Virus record (IMG/VR): IMGVR_UViG_3300012347_000469
Coordinates: 1 to 64,000 of that record
Direction: 5' to 3' (one strand)
Length of the DNA stretch: 64,000 bases
DNA from: a virus
Lineage: Duplodnaviria > Caudoviricetes
Positions 36,400 through 45,149 of this stretch are shown here, in pieces (within the stretch, counting starts at the first letter, position 1; each line of letters starts with the position of its first letter). The notes beneath the pieces were generated by a model, which had not been told where the DNA came from, did no database searches, and saw nothing but the letters and a program-made list of their open reading frames with translations. Both the position numbers and the translations under genes were made by a program.

Positions 36400-38331
36400 T
36401 TAACCGTAATATGTTGACGAGAATAATGTCGATCTTTCGGCAATAGGCTTATCAAGGGTAGTTACTGCTACTTCGTCTGTTGGGGTTTCTTTTAGATCTT
36501 GTCCGTGTATTAACGATCCAGTAAGAGTTTGGGTAAAGTTTCCATCATTCCACTTTGATAACACCGAATTAATCCTGTAAACGCCACTAAATGGTCCAGA
36601 AATTCCAGCCTCTTGGAATTTATAAAACCCTTCTCCTCCTACTGTATCTTGTGGCGATTTAAAATCCATCTGGATACAGATTTCTCTATTTGTAAAATTC
36701 ATAGTAAAATCTTCATTCTCCATACCGCCGTCGCCCGGAGGGTTGTAGTTTGGATAATTGGCTACTGGGAGCCAGTAAGGATCGCCCATAATTTCCAAAT
36801 TTAAACTTATCATATCGCCGTTTAATCTAAGAATATTAGCATGAAATTGATTTGCTACCTGTTGTGCAGTATCTAATCTACCAGATCCGCCAGCTGCAAT
36901 AGTACCCGTAACAGCATTTGCTATCCTAACTCCGGGAGATACAGAAGCTGGTGATGACTCTACTCCAGCTCCAGCAGTTGTTGAACTACCATAAACAGGC
37001 GCAGAAATCGATGCGTTAATTCCGGCATTTGCATTTGATCCAGAATTCGACATAGGATTAGGTGCAACTCCTGTAACATGCATTGTTTTAAATAACAATT
37101 CCCATTTTAATACTTCAGTATTGAGGCCCGAATAAATGTAGTAATATTTTTTTGTTATTTCTCGCTTAAGTTTATCAATTGCTTGCGCTGCTACTTGTGC
37201 AGGTTTAAAGATACTGTGATGCACTTTGTATGGAACAATTTTATATATATATGTTTTTGCGCGAGCATTTTGAGATTTATCGTCGTCGCCTATTATGATG
37301 TCTGGTAAAATTTTCCACCATATAACATTTCCGTCTTCGATTTCTTTTTGTCCCATAGCTGACTCTCGAACATGTTTAGTGTTTATTATTACTAGATCTA
37401 TTGCATTTGTAATGCTAGTATCCTTTGATAACATTATTGATGTTTCTCTGGGGTCGATAATCATTCGATCTCTAACAACTTTAGAGCCGTCGATTACATC
37501 ACCGTTTCGTTTATAAATGCCAATTACTCCGGACGAATCTGCTTGGAATTCAAAGGATCCTGTATCGTTATCAACTTTAAAAGGATTTGGGCCTCCCCAG
37601 TCGCAGTCTGGGAACTCTATTTGATACTTGTCTGCTATTTGTTTTGTTCCTGCTTTTACTAACTCTTGTTCACGATTATTCAACATAACTAATAAACTAT
37701 TTGTTGGATGAGATACAAGTGCTTCGTACGCTCCTTTACCTATTAGTTTTACATCATTAAATAGTGTATTTGATGATTTATTAAATACTTGATCGTTATA
37801 CGGAAATAATTTAACTTGATATTTGCTGCCAGACTCGTCCGCAGTCCACTCAATTTCTTGAATACGTACACAAAAATACCAAGGTCCTATAGAACTAAAT
37901 GAATTTGTTGTACTTTGACCTTCTATATCTAATCTCAGTACATACGGTGCATCTTGCATGTAACTATTATAGTTTGCAAGTTTTGCCGCAGTTTGTAACG
38001 ATTGTAAAAATAAACCCATACTATAGGGTTCAAATAATTCAAACTTAATCGATTGCTGATTTGTATTACCTGCTGCTCCTGTAGGTTGAATAAATGCATT
38101 CATTTCTAAATTATTAACAAAGAATTCCGGTATGCCGTCAACTGTAGGGACCCTTGCATCTCCGTATCTTCCTGCCGAACTAAACACTACTTTGTCAAGA
38201 GAATTTGGACCACTTCGATATGACCCAGAATTAAACTCATCAGCAGATATTGCTGCAAGTGTCCACAAGCAGTTAAATGTTGCTAGTTTGTTTAGTATGT
38301 TTTGTTTTGACTTATCTTCGATATTCGACAT
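36400..38331 (-). CDS. putative baseplate hub protein (gp27-like, 643 aa)
   Basis: Lies between gp53 and gp5; C-terminal LNLEIMGDPYWL...FSGVYRINSVLSKWNDGNFTQTLTG resembles hub proteins. Confidence 0.6.
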   Translation of the reverse strand: MSNIEDKSKQNILNKLATFNCLWTLAAISADEFNSGSYRSGPNSLDKVVFSSAGRYGDARVPTVDGIPEFFVNNLEMNAFIQPTGAAGNTNQQSIKFELFEPYSMGLFLQSLQTAAKLANYNSYMQDAPYVLRLDIEGQSTTNSFSSIGPWYFCVRIQEIEWTADESGSKYQVKLFPYNDQVFNKSSNTLFNDVKLIGKGAYEALVSHPTNSLLVMLNNREQELVKAGTKQIADKYQIEFPDCDWGGPNPFKVDNDTGSFEFQADSSGVIGIYKRNGDVIDGSKVVRDRMIIDPRETSIMLSKDTSITNAIDLVIINTKHVRESAMGQKEIEDGNVIWWKILPDIIIGDDDKSQNARAKTYIYKIVPYKVHHSIFKPAQVAAQAIDKLKREITKKYYYIYSGLNTEVLKWELLFKTMHVTGVAPNPMSNSGSNANAGINASISAPVYGSSTTAGAGVESSPASVSPGVRIANAVTGTIAAGGSGRLDTAQQVANQFHANILRLNGDMISLNLEIMGDPYWLPVANYPNYNPPGDGGMENEDFTMNFTNREICIQMDFKSPQDTVGGEGFYKFQEAGISGPFSGVYRINSVLSKWNDGNFTQTLTGSLIHGQDLKETPTDEVAVTTLDKPIAERSTLFSSTYYG

Positions 38332-38333
38332 GC

Positions 38334-38636
38334 TTATTTTCCTATTGAACTTAATAATTTAGCTTTATTTGGACATTGAATGGTAATACCTGGTAAAAAA
38401 TCGTAAATTGGGTCTTTAAGAATATTTCTATTTCGATGCACAAAGACCCACCACAGTTTTGCAGATCCGTACATATCATATGCTAGTAAGTCAGGTCTAT
38501 GCTTGTATTGATTTTCTATAATATAAGATGCATCGTATTGATCCGATGGTATTTTTCTGTACACTAGTGTATCTAAATATAAAGAATTAATTGATGTCAA
38601 AAACCAAGGTGATGTGTTGTTATATTTTGTTGTCAT
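38334..38636 (-). CDS. gp53: baseplate wedge gp53-like LysM protein
   Basis: YKHRPDLLAYDMYGSAKLWWVFVHRN...DPIYDFLPGITIQCP. Confidence 0.85.
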   Translation of the reverse strand: MTTKYNNTSPWFLTSINSLYLDTLVYRKIPSDQYDASYIIENQYKHRPDLLAYDMYGSAKLWWVFVHRNRNILKDPIYDFLPGITIQCPNKAKLLSSIGK

Positions 38637-38642
38637 AAGCTT

Positions 38643-39716
38643 TTAATATTTAATAATTCCAGTACCGCTGCGATAGTCGTCGAAGTTAAATCCTCGCTGA
38701 GAATTTCTGTTGTATACCACTCCGACTGTTATAGATACATTACTTAATCTAGGAACATAATTTACACCAGCATGTGCAATATAATTAACGTCGTCTTTAA
38801 GGTCTACTGTGAATGATTTTACTACTACTGGTGTATCTGGTAAAAGAGTTGCCGGGTACCCTCCCGAATAACCTTTAAGTGTACAAATAAGTGGTGGATT
38901 TCCTAAATTAGTACTAGTGCCGTAAAACATCTTAGTAAGTGACCTACCTAGTTTTACCATATCTAACCATTCTTCTGCATCTTCGTGAGTTTCCACCGGC
39001 CACTCGCACGATATTGTAATATCGTCAACTGAACTATTTTTATATGACATAAAAGAATAATTACTATGAACTAAATTTGTCGAATTGTATTCTGCTTTGT
39101 GAGATAATGTCATATTTGGGAGAACTGGGAATATTATTTTTCCAAATACCGATGCATCAATTTGCACTCGCCAATCACCTGGATCCGTTGTTACTGCTCG
39201 TACAACAGTTGCCGGGCTACCCCAATCAAAGTTTGATGCCATTCCGGTGAGTAAGCTGTTAATATCAACTGATGGTAAATTAAGTGATCTAGTAGCTTGC
39301 ACGATATCTGCAGAAGCTTTAGCAAATGCTGCATTAATTTCTGAACCAGATAATGTCCCTGATGCAAGCTGCTGTGATATTGCTGACAACTTACTACCAA
39401 CTTCTGTTGTTAAAGAACTAAACAATGCAGTAGATTGTGCGGTTAAACTTGTTTGCACTGCATTGTTTAAATTTGAAACAGTTCGGGTCGATAATGCATT
39501 AATTGATGCTGTAGCATTGTTAATTGCGTTTGTGGCTCCGTTGAGCCCTGACCCAATTACTCCCGATAGATTATTGACACTAAGGGCTAATTTTGCTTTA
39601 TTTATATTAGCGGTTATAGATTCTGCTGTGGCTGCAACGTTAGAAGAAGCATTCACTGCCGACGATGTTGCGGCAGATGCAGTTATAATTGAAGCCGGAT
39701 TAGTAGATAATGCCAT
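38643..39716 (-). CDS. tail-tube initiator (gp48/gp54-like) with a low-complexity N-terminal extension (357 aa)
   Basis: C-terminal IIFPVLPNMTLSHKAEY...HSNYSFMSYKNSSVDDITISCEW...PPLICTLKGY...PVVVKSFTVDL is tube-fold-like; N-terminal ~160 aa are Ala/Ser/Asn-rich. Confidence 0.65.
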   Translation of the reverse strand: MALSTNPASIITASAATSSAVNASSNVAATAESITANINKAKLALSVNNLSGVIGSGLNGATNAINNATASINALSTRTVSNLNNAVQTSLTAQSTALFSSLTTEVGSKLSAISQQLASGTLSGSEINAAFAKASADIVQATRSLNLPSVDINSLLTGMASNFDWGSPATVVRAVTTDPGDWRVQIDASVFGKIIFPVLPNMTLSHKAEYNSTNLVHSNYSFMSYKNSSVDDITISCEWPVETHEDAEEWLDMVKLGRSLTKMFYGTSTNLGNPPLICTLKGYSGGYPATLLPDTPVVVKSFTVDLKDDVNYIAHAGVNYVPRLSNVSITVGVVYNRNSQRGFNFDDYRSGTGIIKY

Positions 39717-39734
39717 TTCATTTGTCCTTTTTCA

Positions 39735-39742
39735 TATTTATC
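39735..39742 (-). promoter_or_regulatory. T4-type late promoter GATAAATA heading the baseplate operon
   Basis: In the divergent intergenic gap, upstream of the AAGGA RBS and ATG at 39716. Confidence 0.6.
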
Positions 39743-39773
39743 TTTATCAAAATGTGCTAATATATACTATATC

Positions 39774-40616
39774 TTGGAGATACAAATGGCAATTACTGCA
39801 ATACCAAAAATAAAATATTTAACTAATAAAGATTTACTTAAAGAAATTCATAATAGTAAAACCACATTTTGTGAATTTACACAACCAGAATTTAGCGAAT
39901 ACGATCTTATAGTGCTCGATTTAGAAAAAATTAACGAAATAGCAATTGCAGATGCTAGGAAAATACGTGCAATTAAAATGGCAAAAGCTGCATACCAAAA
40001 AGCATTAGAGACCGATAAACGTGCTAGCTTAAAAAACTTTGAAGTAGACCCGGCATCTGTTCCAAAAGATCAATTAATATTTCGAGTAATGACATACGAC
40101 CATATTCCGCTTGCTCCGGGTCGTAAGAAGACACTCAAAAATGTAGCTGATAGCCATGACAAAGTTAATTTTCCACCATTTCAACATTGGAAATATTCAG
40201 AAGACGGACACTTAATATGTGTTGGTAAAAGTCACTGGGTTGGTTCGATCGATAATGGTAAATTTACTAAAGACAAAGGGCAAATGACTAATAATCTTGC
40301 AAGAATGTTTTTAAAATTATGCGACCGATACGCAACAAGAGGCAATGTTCGAGGATATACGTATAACGACGAAATGAAAGGGCAGGCTATTTTACAATTA
40401 ACTCAAATAGGTTTACAGTTCGATGAATCAAAATCCGATAATCCATTTGCTTATTACACTGCTGCTGTTACAAATTCATTCGTGCGAATCATCAACATTG
40501 AAAAAAGAAATCAAAACATACGAGACGATATACTGGAAATTAACGGAATGAATCCTAGTTGGACTAGACAAAATTCAGGAGGGGCAGGGGGAAGTTCCGA
40601 CGGTGATATAGATTGA
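39774..40616 (+). CDS. gp55: late-transcription sigma factor gp55
   Basis: YLTNKDLLKEI...RYATRGNVRGYTYNDEMKGQAILQL...FDESKSDNPFAYYTAAVTNSFVRIINIEKRNQNIRD; adjacent to 47/46 as in T4-like phages. The true start may be the ATG at 39786 (GGAG RBS). Confidence 0.85.
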   Translation: MEIQMAITAIPKIKYLTNKDLLKEIHNSKTTFCEFTQPEFSEYDLIVLDLEKINEIAIADARKIRAIKMAKAAYQKALETDKRASLKNFEVDPASVPKDQLIFRVMTYDHIPLAPGRKKTLKNVADSHDKVNFPPFQHWKYSEDGHLICVGKSHWVGSIDNGKFTKDKGQMTNNLARMFLKLCDRYATRGNVRGYTYNDEMKGQAILQLTQIGLQFDESKSDNPFAYYTAAVTNSFVRIINIEKRNQNIRDDILEINGMNPSWTRQNSGGAGGSSDGDID

Positions 40617-40641
40617 CTTTCACAACTTTCTATAGTATAAT
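40613..40641 (+). promoter_or_regulatory. sigma70-type promoter for gp47-gp46
   Basis: TTGACT (40613-40618), 17-bp spacer, TATAAT (40636-40641), upstream of the ATG at 40667. Confidence 0.65.
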
Positions 40642-40666
40642 AGTGTAGACTATAGAAAGGGTTTAA

Positions 40667-41680
40667 ATGAGCAATTTATTTAAAAAAGTAGCAGTAATGA
40701 CCGACATACATTTCGGTCTAAAATCTAATTCAGTAACACACAATCAAGATTGTGAGGATTTTGTAGATTGGTTTATTGCTACTGCTAAGGCTGAAAATTG
40801 CGATACTGGCATTTTTTGTGGAGATTATCAACATAATAGAAATACTATGAATATCTCCACAATGCATTACAGTTTAAGAGCACTAGAAAAATTAGGGAAA
40901 TCATTCGACCAATTTTTCTTTATAACCGGAAATCACGATTTATACTACAAAGATAAACGAGATATACATAGTGCAGCCTTTGGAAAATATATTCCAGGTA
41001 TAACAGTTGTAGATAGCATTATTACCCAAGGCGATGTTACAATAATGCCTTGGTTAGTGGGCGACGAATGGAAAAAAATTCCCAATATCAAAAGTAGATA
41101 TATGTTTGGCCATCTAGAATTGCCGAGCTTTTTCATGAATGCTATGGTACAGATGCCAGATCACGGACAATTACAAAGTACACACTTTCAACATCAAGAA
41201 CATGTGTTTACCGGACATTTTCACAAACGGCAGCATAATCGAAATATTTCCTATATAGGAAATGCATTCCCACATAATTATGCCGATGCTGGCGACGATG
41301 ATCGTGGAATGATGATACTCGAATGGGGTAATTCTCCTGTATACAAAGCATGGCCAAATCAACCACTATATCGGGTGTTTAAGCTTAGTGATTTAATTGA
41401 CAATGCCGATTCGCTATTACGTGAAAAAATGCACTGCAGAGTAACTATTGACTTGCCGATTAGTTTCGAAGAAGCTAATTTTATTAGAGAAACATTTTTA
41501 CCACAATATAATCTGCGAGAATTAATGTTAATTCCGGAAAAAGTTGAAGTAGAATCTTCAGCTACTTCTATCGATGTAACATTTGAATCAGTAGACACTA
41601 TTGTTATGGCGCAACTTGCTGCAATCGAAAGCGAAGCATATGATAACAAATTACTTTTAGAAATTTATAAAGACTTATGA
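40667..41680 (+). CDS. gp47: recombination endonuclease subunit gp47 (Mre11/SbcD-like)
   Basis: Metallophosphoesterase motifs DIHFG, GD, GNHD, GHLE, GHFH. Confidence 0.92.
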   Translation: MSNLFKKVAVMTDIHFGLKSNSVTHNQDCEDFVDWFIATAKAENCDTGIFCGDYQHNRNTMNISTMHYSLRALEKLGKSFDQFFFITGNHDLYYKDKRDIHSAAFGKYIPGITVVDSIITQGDVTIMPWLVGDEWKKIPNIKSRYMFGHLELPSFFMNAMVQMPDHGQLQSTHFQHQEHVFTGHFHKRQHNRNISYIGNAFPHNYADAGDDDRGMMILEWGNSPVYKAWPNQPLYRVFKLSDLIDNADSLLREKMHCRVTIDLPISFEEANFIRETFLPQYNLRELMLIPEKVEVESSATSIDVTFESVDTIVMAQLAAIESEAYDNKLLLEIYKDL

Positions 41681-43449
41681 TCAAAATTCAGAATTTAACT
41701 GTACGCAACTTCATGAGTGTTGGTAATCAAACTCAAGCAATTGATTTTGATAAAGGACATCTTACGTTGGTATTAGGTGAAAACTTAGACCTAGGAGGCG
41801 ACGACAGCGGTGCTCGTAATGGCACTGGTAAGACAACTATTGTTAATGGGTTGAGTTACGCAATTTATGGTAACGCACTCACCTCAATTAAAAAAGATAA
41901 CTTAGTCAACAAAATTAACAATAAAGGAATGTTAGTTACTGTAACATTTAGTGTTGGTGATACAAAATATCACATAGAAAGAGGACGTAAACCAAATGTG
42001 TTAAAATTTACAGTTAATGGTAAAGAACAAACTACCGATGTAGACGAAAGTCAAGGTGACAGTAGAGAGACCCAAAAAGCCATCGAAGATGTGTTTGGGA
42101 TGAGCCACGATATGTTTAAACACTTAGTAGCATTGAATACTTACACCGAACCGTTTCTTTCAATGAAAGTGGCCGATCAGCGAAATATTATTGAGCAATT
42201 ATTAGGTATTACTCAGTTAACTGAAAAAGCAGACGGCCTCAAAGATCAAATTCGACAAAGTAAAGATACAATAACTTCGGAAAATACTAAGATAGAAACT
42301 ATTAAAGCATCTAATGATAGAATTCAGCAAAGTATTCAAAGTTTAGAACGTAAGCAACGGTTATGGCTTGATAATAATAGCAAAAGTATTAACGAATTAC
42401 AGCAAAGTATTTCGGTATTATCCCATGTAGACATCGAAAGTGAGATTGTTAATCAACGAGCACTAGTTGAATGGTCTAAAAATAAAAAAGAACGAGACAG
42501 TATTAATAGTACAATTGCTAAACAAACTGCAACTATTGATAAAGAAGAAAAAACTTTAGAAAAATTTGAAAAAGAATTAATAGCATTGCTAGAACATCGA
42601 TGCCACTCTTGCGGACAAGAGTTACACGACGATAAGCATGAAGGGATGACCGCTTCTAAAAGTAGTCAAATTACAGAAAGTAAAAAGTTAATTCAAGAAT
42701 ATGCCGATGAACTCACAACATTAACTAATAACATTTTGTTGCTAGGCGAAGCATCAGCATGCCCAAATGTATTATATGATAGTTTAGAGGAAGCGTTAAA
42801 TCATAAAAATACAATCGACGGATTATCTAAAGATCTTGCATCAAAACAATCCGAAATAAATCCATATACTGATCAAATCGAAGAACTTAAAAATACCGCA
42901 TTACAAGAAATTGACTGGGCTAACATTAATAAAATTACCAGAATAAAAGATCATCAAGAATTTTTACTTAAATTATTAACAAGCAAAGATAGTTTTATTA
43001 GAAAACGAATCATCGATCAAAACTTAGCTGCGTTGAATCAACGATTAACATATTATCTAGACAAAATTGGGCTTCCGCATATTGTAGAATTTCAAAATGA
43101 CCTATCTGTATCTATTACTCAATTAGGTCAAGACTTAGACTTTGATAATCTAAGTAGAGGAGAAAGAAATAGATTAATCTTATCACTAAGTTGGGCATTT
43201 AGAGATGTATGGGAAAACTTATATCAGCCTATTAATTTGTTGTTTATTGACGAGTTAGTGGACTCCGGAATGGATGCAAGCGGGGTAGAGTCAAGTATAG
43301 GAGTATTAAAAAGAATGGCAAGAGAACGAGATAAAAACATTTTCTTAATTAGTCATCGAGACGATTTAGTAACACGAGTAAATCATGTACTCAAAGTAGT
43401 AAAAGAAGCCGGATTTACATCGTATTCTGCAGACGTGGAGATAGTATGA
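41677..43449 (+). CDS. gp46: recombination ATPase subunit gp46 (Rad50/SbcC-like)
   Basis: Walker A NGTGKTT, coiled coil with zinc hook CHSC, signature LSRGE, Walker B LFIDE, H-loop ISH. Confidence 0.95.
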   Translation: MIKIQNLTVRNFMSVGNQTQAIDFDKGHLTLVLGENLDLGGDDSGARNGTGKTTIVNGLSYAIYGNALTSIKKDNLVNKINNKGMLVTVTFSVGDTKYHIERGRKPNVLKFTVNGKEQTTDVDESQGDSRETQKAIEDVFGMSHDMFKHLVALNTYTEPFLSMKVADQRNIIEQLLGITQLTEKADGLKDQIRQSKDTITSENTKIETIKASNDRIQQSIQSLERKQRLWLDNNSKSINELQQSISVLSHVDIESEIVNQRALVEWSKNKKERDSINSTIAKQTATIDKEEKTLEKFEKELIALLEHRCHSCGQELHDDKHEGMTASKSSQITESKKLIQEYADELTTLTNNILLLGEASACPNVLYDSLEEALNHKNTIDGLSKDLASKQSEINPYTDQIEELKNTALQEIDWANINKITRIKDHQEFLLKLLTSKDSFIRKRIIDQNLAALNQRLTYYLDKIGLPHIVEFQNDLSVSITQLGQDLDFDNLSRGERNRLILSLSWAFRDVWENLYQPINLLFIDELVDSGMDASGVESSIGVLKRMARERDKNIFLISHRDDLVTRVNHVLKVVKEAGFTSYSADVEIV

Positions 43450-43694
43450 GTACAGATTCACACGATAAACTAATTAAAGCAATGCAAGAATATTGCGAGT
43501 GGCAAAACAAGTACGAATTTAGTGGCGGAGGAGATGAAAATGGCGTTAAAGCTAGGCTTGCATTAGCAGAAATTATGAAGTTAGCAAAAATTAGACGAAA
43601 AGAAATTATCGATAAACGTGTCGAACGTCGTAAACTCAGGAAAGGCATCGAAGGTCGACCTCGAAAGATAATTACAAGTATTAAAACATATTAA
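43446..43694 (+). CDS. small basic protein, possibly Hc1/histone-H1-like DNA-binding (82 aa)
   Basis: GVKARLALAEIMKLAKIRRKEI resembles the G-x-x-AR-x-A...RK pattern of bacterial Hc1-like proteins; very basic C-terminus. Confidence 0.45.
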   Translation: MSTDSHDKLIKAMQEYCEWQNKYEFSGGGDENGVKARLALAEIMKLAKIRRKEIIDKRVERRKLRKGIEGRPRKIITSIKTY

Positions 43695-43704
43695 TTATTA
43701 ATAT

Positions 43705-43732
43705 AACCCGAATTATTAGTTCGGGTTTATTT
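43705..43732 (+). terminator. probable intrinsic terminator after the gp47-gp46 operon
   Basis: aacccgaa (43705-43712) / ttcgggtt (43720-43727), followed by TATTT. Confidence 0.55.
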
Positions 43733-43816
43733 ATGACTATTAGATTATCACAATTTGCAGCAAATACTAGATAGTATGCGTTGTTCATTACATTTTATCA
43801 AAAGATTTACAATAAG

Positions 43817-43845
43817 TTGACAAACATATGACTTGGATTTATAAT
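43817..43845 (+). promoter_or_regulatory. perfect sigma70 consensus straddling the GIY-YIG start codon
   Basis: TTGACA (43817-43822), 17 bp, TATAAT (43840-43845); the ATG at 43828 lies in the spacer. Confidence 0.4.
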
Positions 43846-44289
43846 AATAATATAGTAGATGTTCCCCCTGATGATGCAATCGGGTTTGTTTATATCATAA
43901 CAAATTTAACAAATGATCGAAAGTATATAGGGAAAAAACTATTAACGTTTGCTAAGACTACTTATAAAACAGTTAAACTTAAAAACGGTAATAAGAAAAA
44001 AAAGAAAATTAGATCTAGAATTGATTCAGACTGGCAAGAGTATTATGGTTCTAGTATAGAATTATCAAAAGATATCGAACTATTAGGCAAAGAAAATTTT
44101 AGTAGAGAAATTTTATACTATTGTAAAACAAAGTCAGAATGTTCATATATTGAGGCTAGGGAACAGTTTACAAGAAAAGTGCTTGAAAGTAATGATTATT
44201 ACAATGGTCATATACAATTAAGATGTCATAAATCGCATATTTTAGGAAAGATAAATTTAGTTGCTGCCACAATTGCAGTAGGTGAGTAA
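43828..44289 (+). CDS. stand-alone GIY-YIG endonuclease (endonuclease II/Seg-like)
   Basis: GFVYIITNLTNDRKYIGKK...YYGSS...FSREIL...IEAREQ...YYN; nuclease domain only, with no long DNA-binding tail. Confidence 0.85.
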   Translation: MTWIYNNNIVDVPPDDAIGFVYIITNLTNDRKYIGKKLLTFAKTTYKTVKLKNGNKKKKKIRSRIDSDWQEYYGSSIELSKDIELLGKENFSREILYYCKTKSECSYIEAREQFTRKVLESNDYYNGHIQLRCHKSHILGKINLVAATIAVGE

Positions 44290-44297
44290 TATGCGTA

Positions 44298-44305
44298 TAT
44301 AAATA
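44298..44305 (+). promoter_or_regulatory. T4 late promoter TATAAATA
   Basis: Exact T4 consensus in the intergenic gap, followed by an AGGAG RBS and the ATG at 44327. Confidence 0.65.
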
Positions 44306-44326
44306 CTTCACATTAGGAGTTTTAGT

Positions 44327-44506
44327 ATGCGAGGATATTATAAAGAATATGCTTATACTCGAATGCCAAACGGTAAGTATAGGGGATATTTTTTAAAAGA
44401 TGTTCCGACATCTTACTTACAGTGGGCTGCAGCAACGTGGTCAGATCGAGCAACAGCAACAATGTTCCGAATTGAACTTACTCGAAGAGAGAGTTGTACA
44501 GCATAA
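44327..44506 (+). CDS. 59-aa protein, DUF3820-like (missed by the ORF track)
   Basis: Hand translation MRGYYKEYAYTRMPNGKYRGYFLKDVPTSYLQWAAATWSDRATATMFRIELTRRESCTA; the MPxGKY(R/K)G..L.DVP..YL.W motif; AGGAG RBS at 44315. Confidence 0.7.
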   Translation: MRGYYKEYAYTRMPNGKYRGYFLKDVPTSYLQWAAATWSDRATATMFRIELTRRESCTA

Positions 44507-44559
44507 AATTAGGCATTATAGGCAAATTAAAATAAAGTAACACAGTAACAAACAATATA

Positions 44560-44975
44560 GCGGTAACAAGCATGCGTCAGCAAATATCCGACGCCTAAGA
44601 CAACTGGACCTTTGGGTCGCAGGGACAGAAAATTCTCCAGCCGCCAGGAGTACTCAGCAACTATCCTTAACAGGACGATGATTGGACATGCCTTCCCATA
44701 CAACCAATTTTGCTGTTTAAATAGAATTAAAAAGGCCAAAGAGGGTTTGTAACCCACGGCTATGTATATGACAACGTATGTACATAGACCCGCCGTTGTA
44801 TTAAGACGGATTGAGCAGGTACCGGACAACCGCCTGCGCTAGTAGAAATACTTGTAGATCTAACGTTAGTGTGATAGAAAGCAACTCAGATGAGAATGCG
44901 TTTATTTTACTTAGCCCGCCAGGGCTAAGTGTGACTATGCAATCTAGATGAGTGTAAGACACTGCTTCGCAGCTA
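44560..44975 (+). ncRNA. candidate large structured non-coding RNA, family unassigned
   Basis: No credible ORF; ~45% GC over 44581-44940 by hand count against AT-rich flanks; at least ten hairpins. Strand and ends are inferred. Confidence 0.6.
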
Positions 44976-45122
44976 AAACAACAACTAAAAAAATTACTTA
45001 AAGAAAAAAGCTGCTTCAAGCAAAGCGCAGAAGCAGTTGAGCTTTAGCTCAACAACAAACTACAAAACAAAATCTAAAAAAATAATATATTATATAAAGT
45101 TGATTATGTCTTAAAGCAATAA

Positions 45123-45149
45123 CATAAATAAGTAAAACGTTTTACTTAT
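45123..45149 (+). promoter_or_regulatory. late promoter CATAAATA overlapping a 22-bp perfect palindrome
   Basis: CATAAATA at 45123-45130; ATAAGTAAAACGTTTTACTTAT at 45128-45149; ATG at 45161. Confidence 0.55.

Noticed and set aside
39247-39813. 188-aa plus-strand ORF, and similar antisense ORFs (10778-11269, 49680-50219, 57310-57837 and others)
   Set aside because: Shadow frames of well-supported genes, caused by codon bias in Ala/Ser/Thr-rich sequence.
43728-43735. Minus-strand CATAAATA pointing into the gp46 operon
   Set aside because: No credible minus-strand gene downstream; it overlaps the terminator tail and is easily explained by AT-richness.
43828-44289. GIY-YIG gene as a mobile homing endonuclease
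   Set aside because: No intron or intein context, no C-terminal DNA-binding repeats and no disrupted target gene; not called as a mobile element.
44560-44975. Group I/II intron, hammerhead, RNase P RNA or tmRNA as the identity of the structured region
   Set aside because: No interrupted host gene; GACTA at 44933 has no downstream TAGTC partner; no domain-V motif; the three-way junction has CGATGA rather than CTGATGA and lacks GAAA; no tRNA-like ends or GGAAAGTC core. Only a covariance search can settle it.
44527-45019. Minus-strand ORFs 44527-44829 and 44801-45019
   Set aside because: No RBS, atypical composition, and they overlap the hairpin-dense region; probably spurious.
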